Positions 9,793 through 20,120 of a DNA stretch of 64,000 nucleotides are shown piece by piece (position 1 is the stretch's first letter; each line of letters begins with the position of its first letter). This DNA comes from an uncultured Planctomycetaceae bacterium (GTDB taxonomy: Bacteria > Planctomycetota > Planctomycetia > Isosphaerales > Isosphaeraceae): NCBI GenBank assembly GCA_963833985.1, contig CAWIAD010000002.1, positions 4,608,001-4,672,000 of the forward strand, in the 5' to 3' direction. The position numbers were made by a program, and so were the translations under genes. Below the pieces are notes generated by a model. It had not been told where the DNA came from, ran no database searches, and was given only the letters and a program-made list of their open reading frames with translations.

Positions 9793-10365
9793 TCATTCAT
9801 AGAATTTCGCGAGCAAGCAGTGGGCGACGGCCGCGAATCGCAACGGGTCGTGATAAGTTCTCGCCACGAGCATGGCACCCTCGAGCGTGGAGAGGACGAG
9901 CCGCGCTTCCTTGCGAGCGCTTTCGGTGAAGCGCAGGACTCCGGCCTTCCTGCCCTCGAGCAGTACCCGGCTCAACCAGTTTTCGAGGTCGTCAAACGAC
10001 GCCCTCAGCTCCTCGCAGTTGACGGGCTCCAGGGTGTCCGCGTCGGAGGCGAGCATGCCGAAGGGGCACATGCGATTCCCGGCCTCGATGGTGCTCTGGA
10101 AGAGAGCGATGAACTGCCCGAGCTTCTTCCTGGCATCGGTCGCCTGGCGATCGACCTCCTGGAGTGCGAGCGACACGCGCTGGCGGTGCCGCGCGATGAG
10201 CGCGCGGCACAGATCGGCCTTCGTGGGAAAGTGATAGTGCAGGCTCGAGGTCCGGATCTGTAGCCGGCTGGCCACGTCCTTGATGCTGAACCCGTTGTAG
10301 CCGCGCGTCTGGAGGAGCTGCTGTGCAACATCGAGTATCATGGACGCCGTGTCGTTTCTCTCCAT
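9793..10365 (-). CDS. TetR-family regulator, NemR/AcuR-like with several Cys
   Basis: GYNGFSIKDVA...SLHYHFPTKADL HTH; C-terminal RMCPFG and LEGAML motifs. Confidence 0.85.
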   Translation of the reverse strand: MERNDTASMILDVAQQLLQTRGYNGFSIKDVASRLQIRTSSLHYHFPTKADLCRALIARHRQRVSLALQEVDRQATDARKKLGQFIALFQSTIEAGNRMCPFGMLASDADTLEPVNCEELRASFDDLENWLSRVLLEGRKAGVLRFTESARKEARLVLSTLEGAMLVARTYHDPLRFAAVAHCLLAKFYE

Positions 10366-10371
10366 GGCGAA

Positions 10372-10400
10372 AGTCTACCGATCGATCGATCGGTAGTCAA
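10372..10400 (-). promoter_or_regulatory. Sigma70 promoter overlapped by a perfect 22-bp palindromic operator
   Basis: Minus strand TTGACT-N17-TAGACT-N6-ATG; palindrome CTACCGATCGATCGATCGGTAG at 10375-10396. Confidence 0.8.
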
Positions 10401-10548
10401 GCAGCGATGCGATGATCCCCTGGCTCGAGGGTACCGATCGAATACCGCGCGGTCCGCGAGCGTCATGCTGGAACGCAGCGACGTCGACCATACGCCTTTT
10501 GCGACGGCTGCGCGGGACGAACCACCTGAAGCTGGGAGCACACCCGAC

Positions 10549-11397
10549 ATGAAACCCATGATCTCCGTTCTCGCCGGTTGCCTCGCGGTCGCAATGCTTG
10601 CCGGCCAGGCCCGCGCCGGCGATGAGCCCCGCTCGAAGCCGGCACGCATGGTCCTGGTGGAGCTCTTCACGTCGCAGGGCTGTGACATGTGCCCGGAGGC
10701 GGAGCGGCTTCTGGGCGCGCTCGCGTTACAGAACCGTAACGTGGTCCCCCTCGCGCTGCATGTCGATTACTTCAACGATCCCTGGAAGGACCCCTTTTCC
10801 GACAAGCTGCACAGCCAGCGCCAGGCGTCGTACAATGAGATTTACCGCGGGCCCAAGAACGCCCAGTATGGCCTGTACTACACGCCCATGGTCATGGTGG
10901 ACGGGACCCTGCCGGTGAACGGCCGCGATGCCAGGGGCATCCAGAATGCCGTCAAGCAGGCCGCCAGGCGCTCGCCCCAGGTGAGCTTGGCGGCAACGCT
11001 GGGCCCCGGCGCGGAAGACCGCAAGCGTGATCTGCGGCTGCGGGTCTCCGCGTTGACGCCCGAGCTGAGCGGACGTGAGGTCCTGGTCTGCGCGGTGCTG
11101 CGCGACGACCTGGTCGTGACCCAGGTTCCCTCCGGCGAGAATGCGGGCAAGGCCTTGACGGCACGATTCCCCGCGCGTTCCACTCAGTTTGAACTGGTCC
11201 GGCTGGACGGGAAGAAAGAAAGCCGCTTGCACTTCCCGTTTCAGCTCCAGCCCGCGTGGAACGCCAAGAATCTCGGTATCGTGGTATTCGTGCAGGATCG
11301 CGAGGCGGGGACCGTCTACCAATCGGCCCTTGTTTCCTGGGTGGAACCAGAGGGCGTCCGTGCCGGTGGTCGCGAGACAGGCGCTCACCGGCAATGA
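10549..11397 (+). CDS. Secreted DUF1223 thioredoxin-like protein
   Basis: Signal peptide; VELFTSQGCDMCPEA, LHVDYFN..WKDPFS, YTPMVMVDG, SGENAG. Confidence 0.85.
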   Translation: MKPMISVLAGCLAVAMLAGQARAGDEPRSKPARMVLVELFTSQGCDMCPEAERLLGALALQNRNVVPLALHVDYFNDPWKDPFSDKLHSQRQASYNEIYRGPKNAQYGLYYTPMVMVDGTLPVNGRDARGIQNAVKQAARRSPQVSLAATLGPGAEDRKRDLRLRVSALTPELSGREVLVCAVLRDDLVVTQVPSGENAGKALTARFPARSTQFELVRLDGKKESRLHFPFQLQPAWNAKNLGIVVFVQDREAGTVYQSALVSWVEPEGVRAGGRETGAHRQ

Positions 11398-11450
11398 GGA
11401 ATTTCCAGCCCCGCCGGGACGGCTGGCCGCGGTGACCGAGGGCATCAGCG

Positions 11451-13818
11451 ATGGGTTCAGAGTCCACCTCCAGGAACGACCCCGAACCGGTGGACGACCT
11501 TCCGCGCTCCGGCTCGCCGCAGCCGGCCAGGGCGCCCGAGCAAACCTACTGCGATGCCACGATCGAGTTCCGGCCCGGAGAGGTGGGCAACGCCGAGGGG
11601 CCGCTCTCAGGCAGGACGCTCTCGCTTGCCGAGTATCCGTTTCTGGAACCTCCCCGCGGTGGCGACGAGCTGGGCTGGCTGGCGCACTACCGCGTGCTCA
11701 GACCGCTCGGCTCAGGGGGCATGGGGCTCGTGTTCCTGGCCGAGGACACGCACCTGCTTCGACCCGTGGCCCTCAAGGTGATTCGCCCCGAGCTGGCGGG
11801 CAACCCCGAGGCAGCGCCCCGCTTCCTCCGCGAGGCGCGCACCGCGGCCGCCATCAAGCACGACAACGTCGTGACCATCTACCACGTGGGCGAGGCGCGC
11901 GGCGTGTCCTACCTGGCCATGGAGTATCTCCAGGGCATTTCCCTGGCAGCCTGGCTCGATCGCGGCCGGCAGCCGTCCATCGAGCTCCGCCTGCGCATGG
12001 GCCGGGAAGTGGCCTCGGGGCTGGCGGCCGCGCACCGGCTCGGCCTGGTGCACCGCGACATCAAGCCCGCGAACATCTGGCTGGAGGCCCCCAGCGGGCG
12101 GGCCAAGATCCTCGACTTCGGCCAGGCCAGGGCCGAGAGCGAGGACACGCAGATCACCCGCTCCGGCGCGATCATGGGTACGCCGGCGTTCATGTCCCCC
12201 GAGCAAGCCGAGGGCAATCCGGTCACGTTCGCGACCGACCTGTTCAGCCTGGGAGGCGTCCTCTACCGGCTCTGCTGCGGCCGCCTCCCCTTCGAGGGGA
12301 AGACCATCCTTTCGGTGCTGAACGCCCTGGCCACCCAGACGCCCACCCCTCCGCTGGCGTTCCGGCCCGAGACGCCCGAGCGCTTCAGCGCACTGGTGAT
12401 GCGGCTCCTGGCGAAGAGCCCGCAGGCCCGTCCACCCTCGGCCCAGGCCATCGTCGATGAGATCCGCGCCATCGAACGACAGCTTGCCGCCTCGAGGCAG
12501 CGGACGAGCATCACAACCGATACCGAAACGGGCAGCAAACCCGTGGAGACCATGCAGGTCAAGCCGGTGGATGCCGCGAGCCTCAGAGCCCTGGTACACG
12601 CGCGGCTTGCCGACCGCCGGCCCAGCCGCTGGCTCATGCTCTCTGCCGTGGTGCTCATTGTGGGAGTGCTGACTTCGGCGGCCTGGCTCAGCCACGGCGG
12701 ACCGGGGCTGCATCGCGGGCCGGAGCGCGGCTCCCCACTGGCGGGACGCGGATTCCGCAGGCCTCCCGCTCCCGAAGACTTCGTCAAGGACCCGCCGCCC
12801 GACGAGCCGCCGCCACCTCCCCGGCCACCCGGTGAGTTCGGACCGCGGTGGTCCGGCGCGCCCCGCCGAGCCCTCGACCCCGAACCGCCAGATGCGAAAG
12901 CTCACGACCTGGATCAGGACATGAAGCGCCTGGAGGCGGCTGGCGTGGTGCTGAGGCCGCCGGACGCGAAGCAGGAAGCGCAACGCTCGGAGGCGGCCGC
13001 AGCGAAGATACCCGCCTCCGACCCGGGCGCCATGGCTGCGCCCAACGCACCAGGGCTGGCTCTCGCACCGGCCGGTCCCGCGGGGCCGGGCGCGTCAGGT
13101 CCGACAGCCGCATCAGGTCCGCCAGCCACATCAGGTCCGCGAGCCGCGTCAGGCGGGTCCGCAAGGCCGGCCACTGCCGGCCCGGCGGCAGAGACGAGGG
13201 CGGCATCCTGGGGCAAATTCATCGATCTCGACGGCGATTGCTCGTTCACGCTCGATGAGGCCGATCAGACCGCGACGATGCAGGTGCCGGGAAGGCCGCA
13301 CGCCCTCAGCGCAGAGCTCGGCCGCCTCAACGCCCCGCGCATCTTGCAGCCGGTGAGCGGCGATTTCGAGGCCTTTGTTCGCGTGCTGGGTACCGAGCAA
13401 GTCGCGGGTCGAGCGACCATGACCGAGTATCCGCCCTACCACGGGGCGGGGATCCTCCTCTGGCAGGATGCCGGCAACTACGTCCGGCTGGAGATCGCCA
13501 CCGACCTCCAGCGCGGCAAACCTCGCCACTACGTCAACTTCGAGTATCGCCAGGGATATCGGCTTGCATCCTCCCAGGGTCAGGTGGCGCCGACCGGCTC
13601 GGCCTACCTTCGGTTCGCGCAAGAAGAACGCGGTCGCGGCCTCGTTCAGCCCCGACGGCGCCCGGTGGATATCCTTTCCCGCATTGACCGTGAATCTTGA
13701 CCCCGACAGCCAGGTTGGAGTGGTCGCAATCAACACGTCCAGCAAGCCTCTGACCGCGCGCATCGAGGGTTTTCGCGTCGCGGCGGCCAGGCCAGAGCGC
13801 AAGGAGGATCACCCCTGA
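11451..13818 (+). CDS. Membrane Ser/Thr protein kinase with C-terminal DUF1349/ConA-like domain (frameshift near 13615)
   Basis: GSGGMG, VALK, HRDIKPAN, DFG, GTPAFMSPE; TM helix; C-terminus continues in the frame of ORF 13468..13818. Confidence 0.85.
13093..13153. repeat. 18-bp imperfect tandem repeat in kinase linker
   Basis: CRTCAGGTCCGnnAGCCR units encoding ASGPTA/ASGPPA/TSGPRA. Confidence 0.6.
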
Positions 13819-13854
13819 AAGACGGCGCGCCGGCGTCCCTGCCCGGCCGTCGGC

Positions 13855-14927
13855 TTACCGGCTGATCCCGGCCCACTCGTGGACGTGATCCACAAGACTT
13901 GTCACGGCGTTGGTGGCCATGGTGATGGGACACCAGGGCGGAGGGCCGTCCGCGAAGCAGTCCTGAGAACTGCCGGGACTGTCCGACTGGGTCGTGTCAA
14001 CGGGCGTGGGAGTTGACACCGAGGCCAGCGCCGTGGGGCGCTCCTGGTGGCTCGCCGGCGCGGCCGGCCGGTGCGCCGCCACGATAGCGCCGCCGGATAC
14101 CGCGCCGACGAGTAGCACCGCGGCCGCTGTTCTGAGCCTGCGCAAAAGCATGGTTTTCAAAACTCCTTGGGTCAGGGTGAGTATTGAACGGGAAACGATC
14201 TGGGACGCGGAAAACCGCAGCGCTGTCTGGAGCGTGCTGTCGATCAGCCCGCGGTCCGCGGGCAAGAGCGGGCCGCCGAGCATGGTACCCGCAAGCAGGG
14301 CCGGCACTCCGAGCACTCCGCGGCGCTCCAGCCGGGTCCGGAGTAACTGCCGGGCGCGGGAGAGCCGCCCGCTGAGCGTACCGACCGGCCAGTCCAGCAG
14401 CCGAGCGGCCTGCTCGTGGGTCTTGCCTTGCAGGTGGCAGAGCACGATGGGCGCCCGGTAGCGGTGCGGTAGCTGATCGAGCTCCTCGTGCACCAGCGGC
14501 CAGACCTCGTGCGGCTCCTCGCCGGTTTTCTCCTGCGGCTGCACGGCCAATGCAAGTTGCAGGTCCATACCCGTGTGATGCCGCGCGGCGACACTTCGGC
14601 GCGCTGGGCCGTGCGGTAGGCCACGCTGCAAAGCCACGGACCGAGCGATTCCTCGCAGTGCAGTGCGTGTGCTCTCCGCAGCAGCACCAGGAACGTCGCC
14701 TGGAACGCATCGTCCACGTCGTGCGAGTGGCGCAGGACCTGGCGGCAGACGGCCAGCACCATCGGACCATGTCTCACGATGAGCTCGCGGAAGGCGAGTT
14801 CCCCGGTGACATCGCGAGCCCGGACAAACCGGTCCAGTAGCTGAGCGTCGCTCAGCCCGGCCATCGTGCCGGACGTCCAGAGCGTCTCGATCTCCCCGAT
14901 TCTCCGCGCTGGATGACGCCCCATCAT
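13855..14927 (-). CDS. Planctomycete-type ECF sigma factor with C-terminal extension (frameshift near 14580)
   Basis: GLSDAQLLDRF, RHGPMVLAVCR, DAFQATFLVL (region 2), then HEELDQLPHRYRAPIVLCHLQG...WPVGTLSGRLSRAR (region 4) in the shifted frame. Confidence 0.85.
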
Positions 14928-14959
14928 GATTGTCCTGCCCCGCCCTCTGCACCGTCTGC
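14906..14959. repeat. Direct repeat copy 1 (ECF gene RBS/start region)
   Basis: GCGCTGGATGACGCCCCATCAtgatTGTCCTGCCCCGCcctCTGCACCGTCTGC, near-identical to 16911-16965. Confidence 0.85.
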
Positions 14960-15164
14960 TTCCACCATGTAATGCAGCGAGCCGCCCGATTCATACAAAA
15001 TTCTGGAAAAACGGCGGTCCCTGTGGTCATCTATCAGGACTTTTCGCGGGTCGTCACCTGGTCCGGATGATGCCGACTACCCGCAGAGAGCATGTGGCTT
15101 GTAGAATCCAGCGCGGCTCGACCGGAAAGCGCCAGCTCAGAGGGTTAAGGACGGAACTTTCGGA

Positions 15165-15595
15165 ATGCCCATGATTTACCGCCCGATGAAACGGGCAGAA
15201 GACGGCCTACCCATCGTTGGGTCGAACTCGAAGGAACTGGGGGTCCGCGTGCCGCCCAACCCCAACGCCGACGTCGATCTCGACGGCAATGACCACGTCA
15301 TCACCAACGGAAAGGGCATGTCAGTGGCCGAGCACTGGAGATATTTGCTCGGCCACCTGGTCCCCAAACGGCTCGTGCCGATCTTCCCGGGTGCGACCGG
15401 CTCCAACGGCCTCACAGCTACAAGCTCGGTTCAGGACCCTTCGCCGCGGCCCCTTTGAACGACGATCTGGTAGTGGTATTGAAGATTCATGATCATCACG
15501 CCGGGATCGTCGCTCCATCCCAATCGGGTCCCATCCAGCAATTCCAGACCGCCCTGGCCGCAACGAGAACGCAGTGGCAGCCAGACGAGACGTGA
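15165..15595 (+). CDS. Putative Tse2-like ADP-ribosyltransferase-fold toxin (frameshift near 15417)
   Basis: MPMIYRPMK...LGVRVP..DVD....GKGMSV, continuing after the shift as YKLGSGPF...HHAGIVAP...FQTALAATRTQW-stop; R...S...H order as in Tse2-type ARTs; family recognised from memory. Confidence 0.5.
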
Positions 15596-15598
15596 GTG

Positions 15599-16852
15599 AT
15601 GAACCAGAGGACCTTTTTCGACAACCCCGATTTCCTTCAGTATGTGCGGCTCTTGTCCGAGCTTCACCAGCTCATCCGAGAAGGGACGGATGAGACGCCC
15701 GCGGGAGAGGCTCTGCGCGATCGCATGGACGACCCGGGGAGCCGACTCTCGGCGGATGAGATCGTGACCGTGAATGCGATCTCAGCCGACCTCTACTCGC
15801 TCACTGCCTCGCTAGCCGGGTCAGACTTGTCCCGAACCGATGAAGCCGAAGCGGATCTCAGGTCCGCCCTGGACGCCAGAGACCGAAGGGATTTCAAACG
15901 AGCGTTGGAGCTGCTGCGCAAGCGCGCCGCGTCCATCAATCCAGAGGTGCTCTCCTATGTGAGGGGTTCGATCTGGGGAGAGGCAGGAGAGGATCAAATC
16001 GCGGTCACGTTCTTCAGACGTGCCGCTCAGTTAGACCCACGTAATGCAAATTACTCGTACATGGTATTGCATTACCTCTCCCAGGCCGACGCCGAGGGTG
16101 CAAGGGACGAGGCGCGACCGATACTGGCCGACCCCGAGTCTCACTCCACTCGACTCGTGCTCAAGGCCGCTGAGATCATCCTCCAATCAACCCGGGAGCA
16201 GCCGGATCACGAGTCTCGTCCGGTCCTCGAGATGCTGATTCCGATTTTCGAACAGATCATCGTCCGGCTGGAGACGTCGGGTGAGGGTAGCAGCCAGCCC
16301 TCGCTGCTCGCGATGGCTTTCACGCTCACAGGATCCTGTCAGGAGCACCTGGGTCGCACTGACCTGGCGCGTCGCGACTACGACCGCGGCTTATCGTTGT
16401 TCCCGACCAACGATGCTCTCCTCGTGGCCCGCGGGATCCTGCTCTACGGGCGCGAAACGGACAGGTCAGTTCGGGACTTCGAAAACGCGGTTCAGCGTAG
16501 CTCTCCGCTCGTGTGGCCCTATTTCTACCTGGCCCATCATGCTCTGTTGAACGACCGGTTCGGCGTTTGCCTCGATCTCTGTAATCGAGGTCTCCCATTG
16601 CCTGCTTCAAACGAGGTACAAGCAGACCTTTTGGAATGGATGGCGATCAGTCAGGCATCTCTGGGCTACCCGGCCCAGGCGGTCGAGTCCGTATTCCTGG
16701 CTGCTTGCGGATTGGCCCCGGACAACAAGCGGATTGCGAGCAATTACCTGGCATTCCGTGAGAGTCTCAGGCCGATGGACATCGTATGGGAGAAAGGCTC
16801 CGAGCAAGAAGTCCGGACCCTCGGGGAGCGGCGGCTGCGCCCGGCAGCCTGA
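15599..16852 (+). CDS. TPR-repeat protein with small helical N-terminal domain
   Basis: TPR-like segments (FRRAAQLDPRNAN, YDRGLSLFPTND, AACGLAPDN); abuts the upstream stop (TGA-GTG-ATG). Confidence 0.75.
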   Translation: MNQRTFFDNPDFLQYVRLLSELHQLIREGTDETPAGEALRDRMDDPGSRLSADEIVTVNAISADLYSLTASLAGSDLSRTDEAEADLRSALDARDRRDFKRALELLRKRAASINPEVLSYVRGSIWGEAGEDQIAVTFFRRAAQLDPRNANYSYMVLHYLSQADAEGARDEARPILADPESHSTRLVLKAAEIILQSTREQPDHESRPVLEMLIPIFEQIIVRLETSGEGSSQPSLLAMAFTLTGSCQEHLGRTDLARRDYDRGLSLFPTNDALLVARGILLYGRETDRSVRDFENAVQRSSPLVWPYFYLAHHALLNDRFGVCLDLCNRGLPLPASNEVQADLLEWMAISQASLGYPAQAVESVFLAACGLAPDNKRIASNYLAFRESLRPMDIVWEKGSEQEVRTLGERRLRPAA

Positions 16853-16910
16853 AGGCGGTCTCCGGCATAGGCTGAGGTTGGCACCCCATTCTTGCGAGCA
16901 CTCGATAACG

Positions 16911-16965
16911 GCGCTGGATGACGCCCCATCAGTATCGTCCTGCCCCGCTCCCCTGCACCGTCTGC
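16911..16965. repeat. Direct repeat copy 2 (remnant of the ECF 5' end, MGRHPA on minus strand)
   Basis: GCGCTGGATGACGCCCCATCAgtatCGTCCTGCCCCGCtcccCTGCACCGTCTGC. Confidence 0.85.
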
Positions 16966-17039
16966 CTTTTCGTGGAGCGACTCGCCCTGGCGTGCCGTCC
17001 AGGGGGGCCAGCCAGCTTGCCTGCCAGCCAGATCCGCGC

Positions 17040-18418
17040 TCAATTCGTCCATCCCTTGCGGTACTGGCGGCGGACGTAGGTGTTGGCTTCCGGGTCGTTG
17101 GTCACCTGCATCTTCGCCCCGTCCCAGAGCAGGAGACGGTTCGGGTAGCGGACGGCCAGGTTGCCCATGAGCACGGTCTCGGAGAGTGGCCCGGAATAAT
17201 CAAAGTTCGAGCTGGCCGGCTCGCCCCCCTTGCAGGCGCGGACCCAGTCGCGCTCATGCCCGCCGTCGCCGCCGGCGATGCGGGGGATCGTCCGCGCTGG
17301 CTTCTGAAATTCCTGCATGCGCGTGGCGGGCAGCAGTTGCGGGTTCCGGCCGTAGCAGCCGCACATGGCCACGCCCCGGGTGCCCAGGAAGAGCACGCCA
17401 CCGTCGCTGTCGCCCATCTGCCGGCCGGGCTCCAGCTCGTCGGGCCGGGGCGGCATCATGCCGCCGTCCCACCAGGTCAGGCGAACCTCGGGCATGCCTT
17501 CGTCGCCGGGAACCTGTAACGCACGATCGTCGAGCGCGGGTAGGTCTCGTTGCGCGGTTTGGTCTCCTTCCAGAGGTCGTGCCAGTAGGTGGAGATGCAG
17601 CCCTCAACGCTCACCGGGTACTTCAGCTTGAGTGCCCAGAAGGGGGCGTCCAGGATGTGGCAGCCCAGGTCGCCAAGCGAGCCGGTGCCGAAGTCCCACC
17701 AGGCGCGCCAGTTCCCCGGATGGTACGCGGGATGGTAGGGCCGGTAGGTCGCGGGGCCGATCCAGCGGTCCCAGTCCAGGCTGGCGGGCACGGCGGGCGT
17801 TTCGCGTGGCCGTTCCACTTCGATCCCCTGCGGCCAGACCGGGCGGTTGGTCCAGGCGTGGACCTCGCGGACATCGCCGATGGCGCCGGCCCAGATCCAC
17901 TCGCAGAGGTCGCGGACGCCATCGCCGGAGTGGCCCTGGTTGCCCATCTGGGTGACCACGCGGTGCTTGCGGGCGGCCTCGGTCATGGCCCGCGCCTCGG
18001 CCACCGAGTGGGCCAGCGGCTTCTGCACGTACACGTGCTTGCCGCGCTCCATCGCTGCCAGTGCGATCACCGCGTGGGAATGGTCGGGCGTGGCCACGAT
18101 CACCGCGTCGATGTCCTTCTGCTGGTCGAGCATGACCCGGAAATCAGTGTACCGCCTGGCCGATGAATGCTTGTTGAAGGTGTTCGCGGCGTAGTTCGAA
18201 TCGACGTCGCAGAGGGCGACGATGTTCTCGCCGGCGGCCGCGCAGGCGGAAAGGTTGCTGGCGCCCATACCGCCCACGCCGACGCCCGCGATGTTCAGCC
18301 GATCGCCGGGCGCCTTGCGTCCCTCACGCCCCAGCACACTCGCGGGAACGACCGTGAACGCGGCCGCGGCCGCACCGGCCGCTTGCCGGGCGAAGCCCCT
18401 GCGGGTGGAACCGGACAT
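17040..18418 (-). CDS. Tat-exported Gfo/Idh/MocA oxidoreductase (frameshift near 17500)
   Basis: TRRGF; GVGVGGMG; ATPDHSH; QKPL; WRAWWDFGTGSLGDLGCH; C-terminal YRKGW. Confidence 0.85.
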
Positions 18419-18719
18419 CGGGTCGTCTCGAGTCTCTCCTGGCGGCCTCATGAACGTGCTCCTGCTGCGCGATCGCGGTGGAGGCAAGGTCTCAATACCA
18501 CGGCAAGACCGCACCCATCACCGACGTGCGGACCCTTCGGTCCATCGTGAACCCCCAGGCGGAGAGAAGCAAGGTGCAACCCAGCCGCTGACCATTCGGC
18601 TCGCACGTCGGGCCTCCCCTGGCGGAAACCGCGTGCTGGCCGTTCGTTCCCGCGTTCGGTTGCTTTTCACTTCGCCAGATTGGTCGGAGACGGCATGTTG
18701 TCCGTCAGCCTCCTCCAGG

Positions 18720-19004
18720 CTAGCTCGTCAAGGACTCTCGAAAACAATCAGCTCCGCCCGGCCGAGAATGAAATTGAAGGCGTTGAGGGCCATACAGGAC
18801 GATCGAATCGTGCCGCTCGGCCGTGAAAATCCTGACGAAGACGTCATGGACGATATCCTCAGCGTCCTGAATGCTCCCCAGCCGGCGAAACGCGAAACGG
18901 ACGAGCCGATCCGTATAGCCATCGACCATCTCGGCGAACCCGGACGGAGCGTGCGGACCGAAACATGGCGGGTTCTCAGCGGCCGGGAGATGATCACTCC
19001 TCAT
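18720..19004 (-). pseudogene. Truncated ECF sigma factor (region 2 only)
   Basis: FAEMVDGYTDRLVRFAFRRLGSIQDAEDIVHDVFVRIF, followed by unrelated sequence; no region 4. Confidence 0.6.
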
Positions 19005-19180
19005 GAGCCGTCACTCCTCGCTGCGCGTGCCGTCGAGGTGGAATCGATTTGGGCCATTGACGTCTCCCTCTCTGCCTTGACGTCAACGACCGTCGTTTTC
19101 GTCTAAGCAGTTCCGCAAAAGTCTCAGGACAGGATTGCAGTTCGCTTGCCCGAGGCTGAGGGCCAGGTCTGGTCGCTCTC

Positions 19181-19283
19181 CTCGTGGGGTACGATTCCAA
19201 TCGTGCCCTCCCATTCTCGTGGGGTACGATTCCAATCGTGCCCTCCCATTCTCGTGGGGTACGATTCCAATCGTGCCATTTCT
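19181..19283 (+). repeat. Tandem array of three 35-bp REP-like palindromic units
   Basis: CTCGTGGGGTACGATTCCAATCGTGCC(CTCCCATT) at 19181, 19216 and 19251; internal hairpin GTACGATT-CC-AATCGTGC; no unique spacers. Confidence 0.9.
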
Positions 19284-19459
19284 GGTCCATCAGATCGAAG
19301 AAGTGACACGATGTAGAGTCGAGGTGTGGCGCGGTGGGCTCGAGTCGATGGCTCGGCTGGGCCTCGTTTCCACACCCCGCTCATCAAACTGGACGGGCGT
19401 TTTTCCCGCATCCAGCTTTCGGACAAGGCTCGTCTCATCGGTTGAATTCAGACGTTCGC

Positions 19460-19771
19460 TCACGAAACCGACGCGGCTCGGTTCGTTGCTGGGTCGTAGT
19501 TCCGGCCGAGGGTATAACCCAGAAAGTCGAACGTCTCCTCAGGCAGGTGGCACAGCCGCGTCCTGGTCTCGTTCACCGTTCATTTCAGCCTGGACATCAT
19601 CTTCCGCATCACCGTCATGGCCTCTTCGGCCGTGCCGCGACAGCAGATGACGAAGTCGTCCGCATAGTTGACGATTCGCGCGACCAGACGCCGCTCATTT
19701 CCACCAGTCTTCCATCCCTTCACAAATCGCCGCATGTAGATATTGGACAACAATGGTGAGATCGCGCCCCC
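19460..19771 (-). pseudogene. Group II intron reverse transcriptase fragment (RT4-RT7), nonsense codon at 19580-19582
   Basis: ISPLLSNIYMRRF...IVNYADDFVICC...LK*TVNETRT...FDFLGYT; RT0-3 and maturase domain X absent. Confidence 0.85.
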
Positions 19772-20120
19772 AACAATGTTGCGAATGACCTTGTTGGGGG
19801 CCCCCTTCAAAAGGGGAGGGGCTGACCCGGTACACGATACGGACCTCCTGCTCGTCGACCTCGACTTTCCTCACCAGGGCCCGGACGACCTCCCGTCGCG
19901 TGTTCCAGTCCAGCTCTTGCAATCCCTCCGAAACGCGGTTCGCGAACTCCTCCAACTGGCCGATCACCAGCCGGAGTTCCGTCTCCTGCGCGGCTTCGTC
20001 GATCCGCTGCCGACGCTCGTCCTCCAATTTGGCCAGGCGCACTCTCGCCGCCGAAATCCGCGGCTCGAATTCCGACTTGTCGAGCGACCGCTCCTTGTAC
20101 GCATCAGTCCATCTCAGAAT
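19695..20120 (-). pseudogene. C-terminal fragment of a large serine recombinase
   Basis: DAYKERSLDKSEFEPRI, coiled coil, RREVVRALVRKVEVD..VRIVYRV..PF...QHCWGR tail resembling LSR C-termini; catalytic domain missing. Confidence 0.65.

Noticed and set aside
19181..19283. 35-bp repeats near an RT as a CRISPR array or a retron/DGR component
   Set aside because: The units are head-to-tail with no unique spacers and there are no cas genes; the RT has group II intron features and is flanked by intron domains I, V and VI.
19580..19582. In-frame TGA in the RT as selenocysteine
   Set aside because: It falls at a Leu-type position (LK-L-TVN) in a deleted pseudogene, not at a Cys column.
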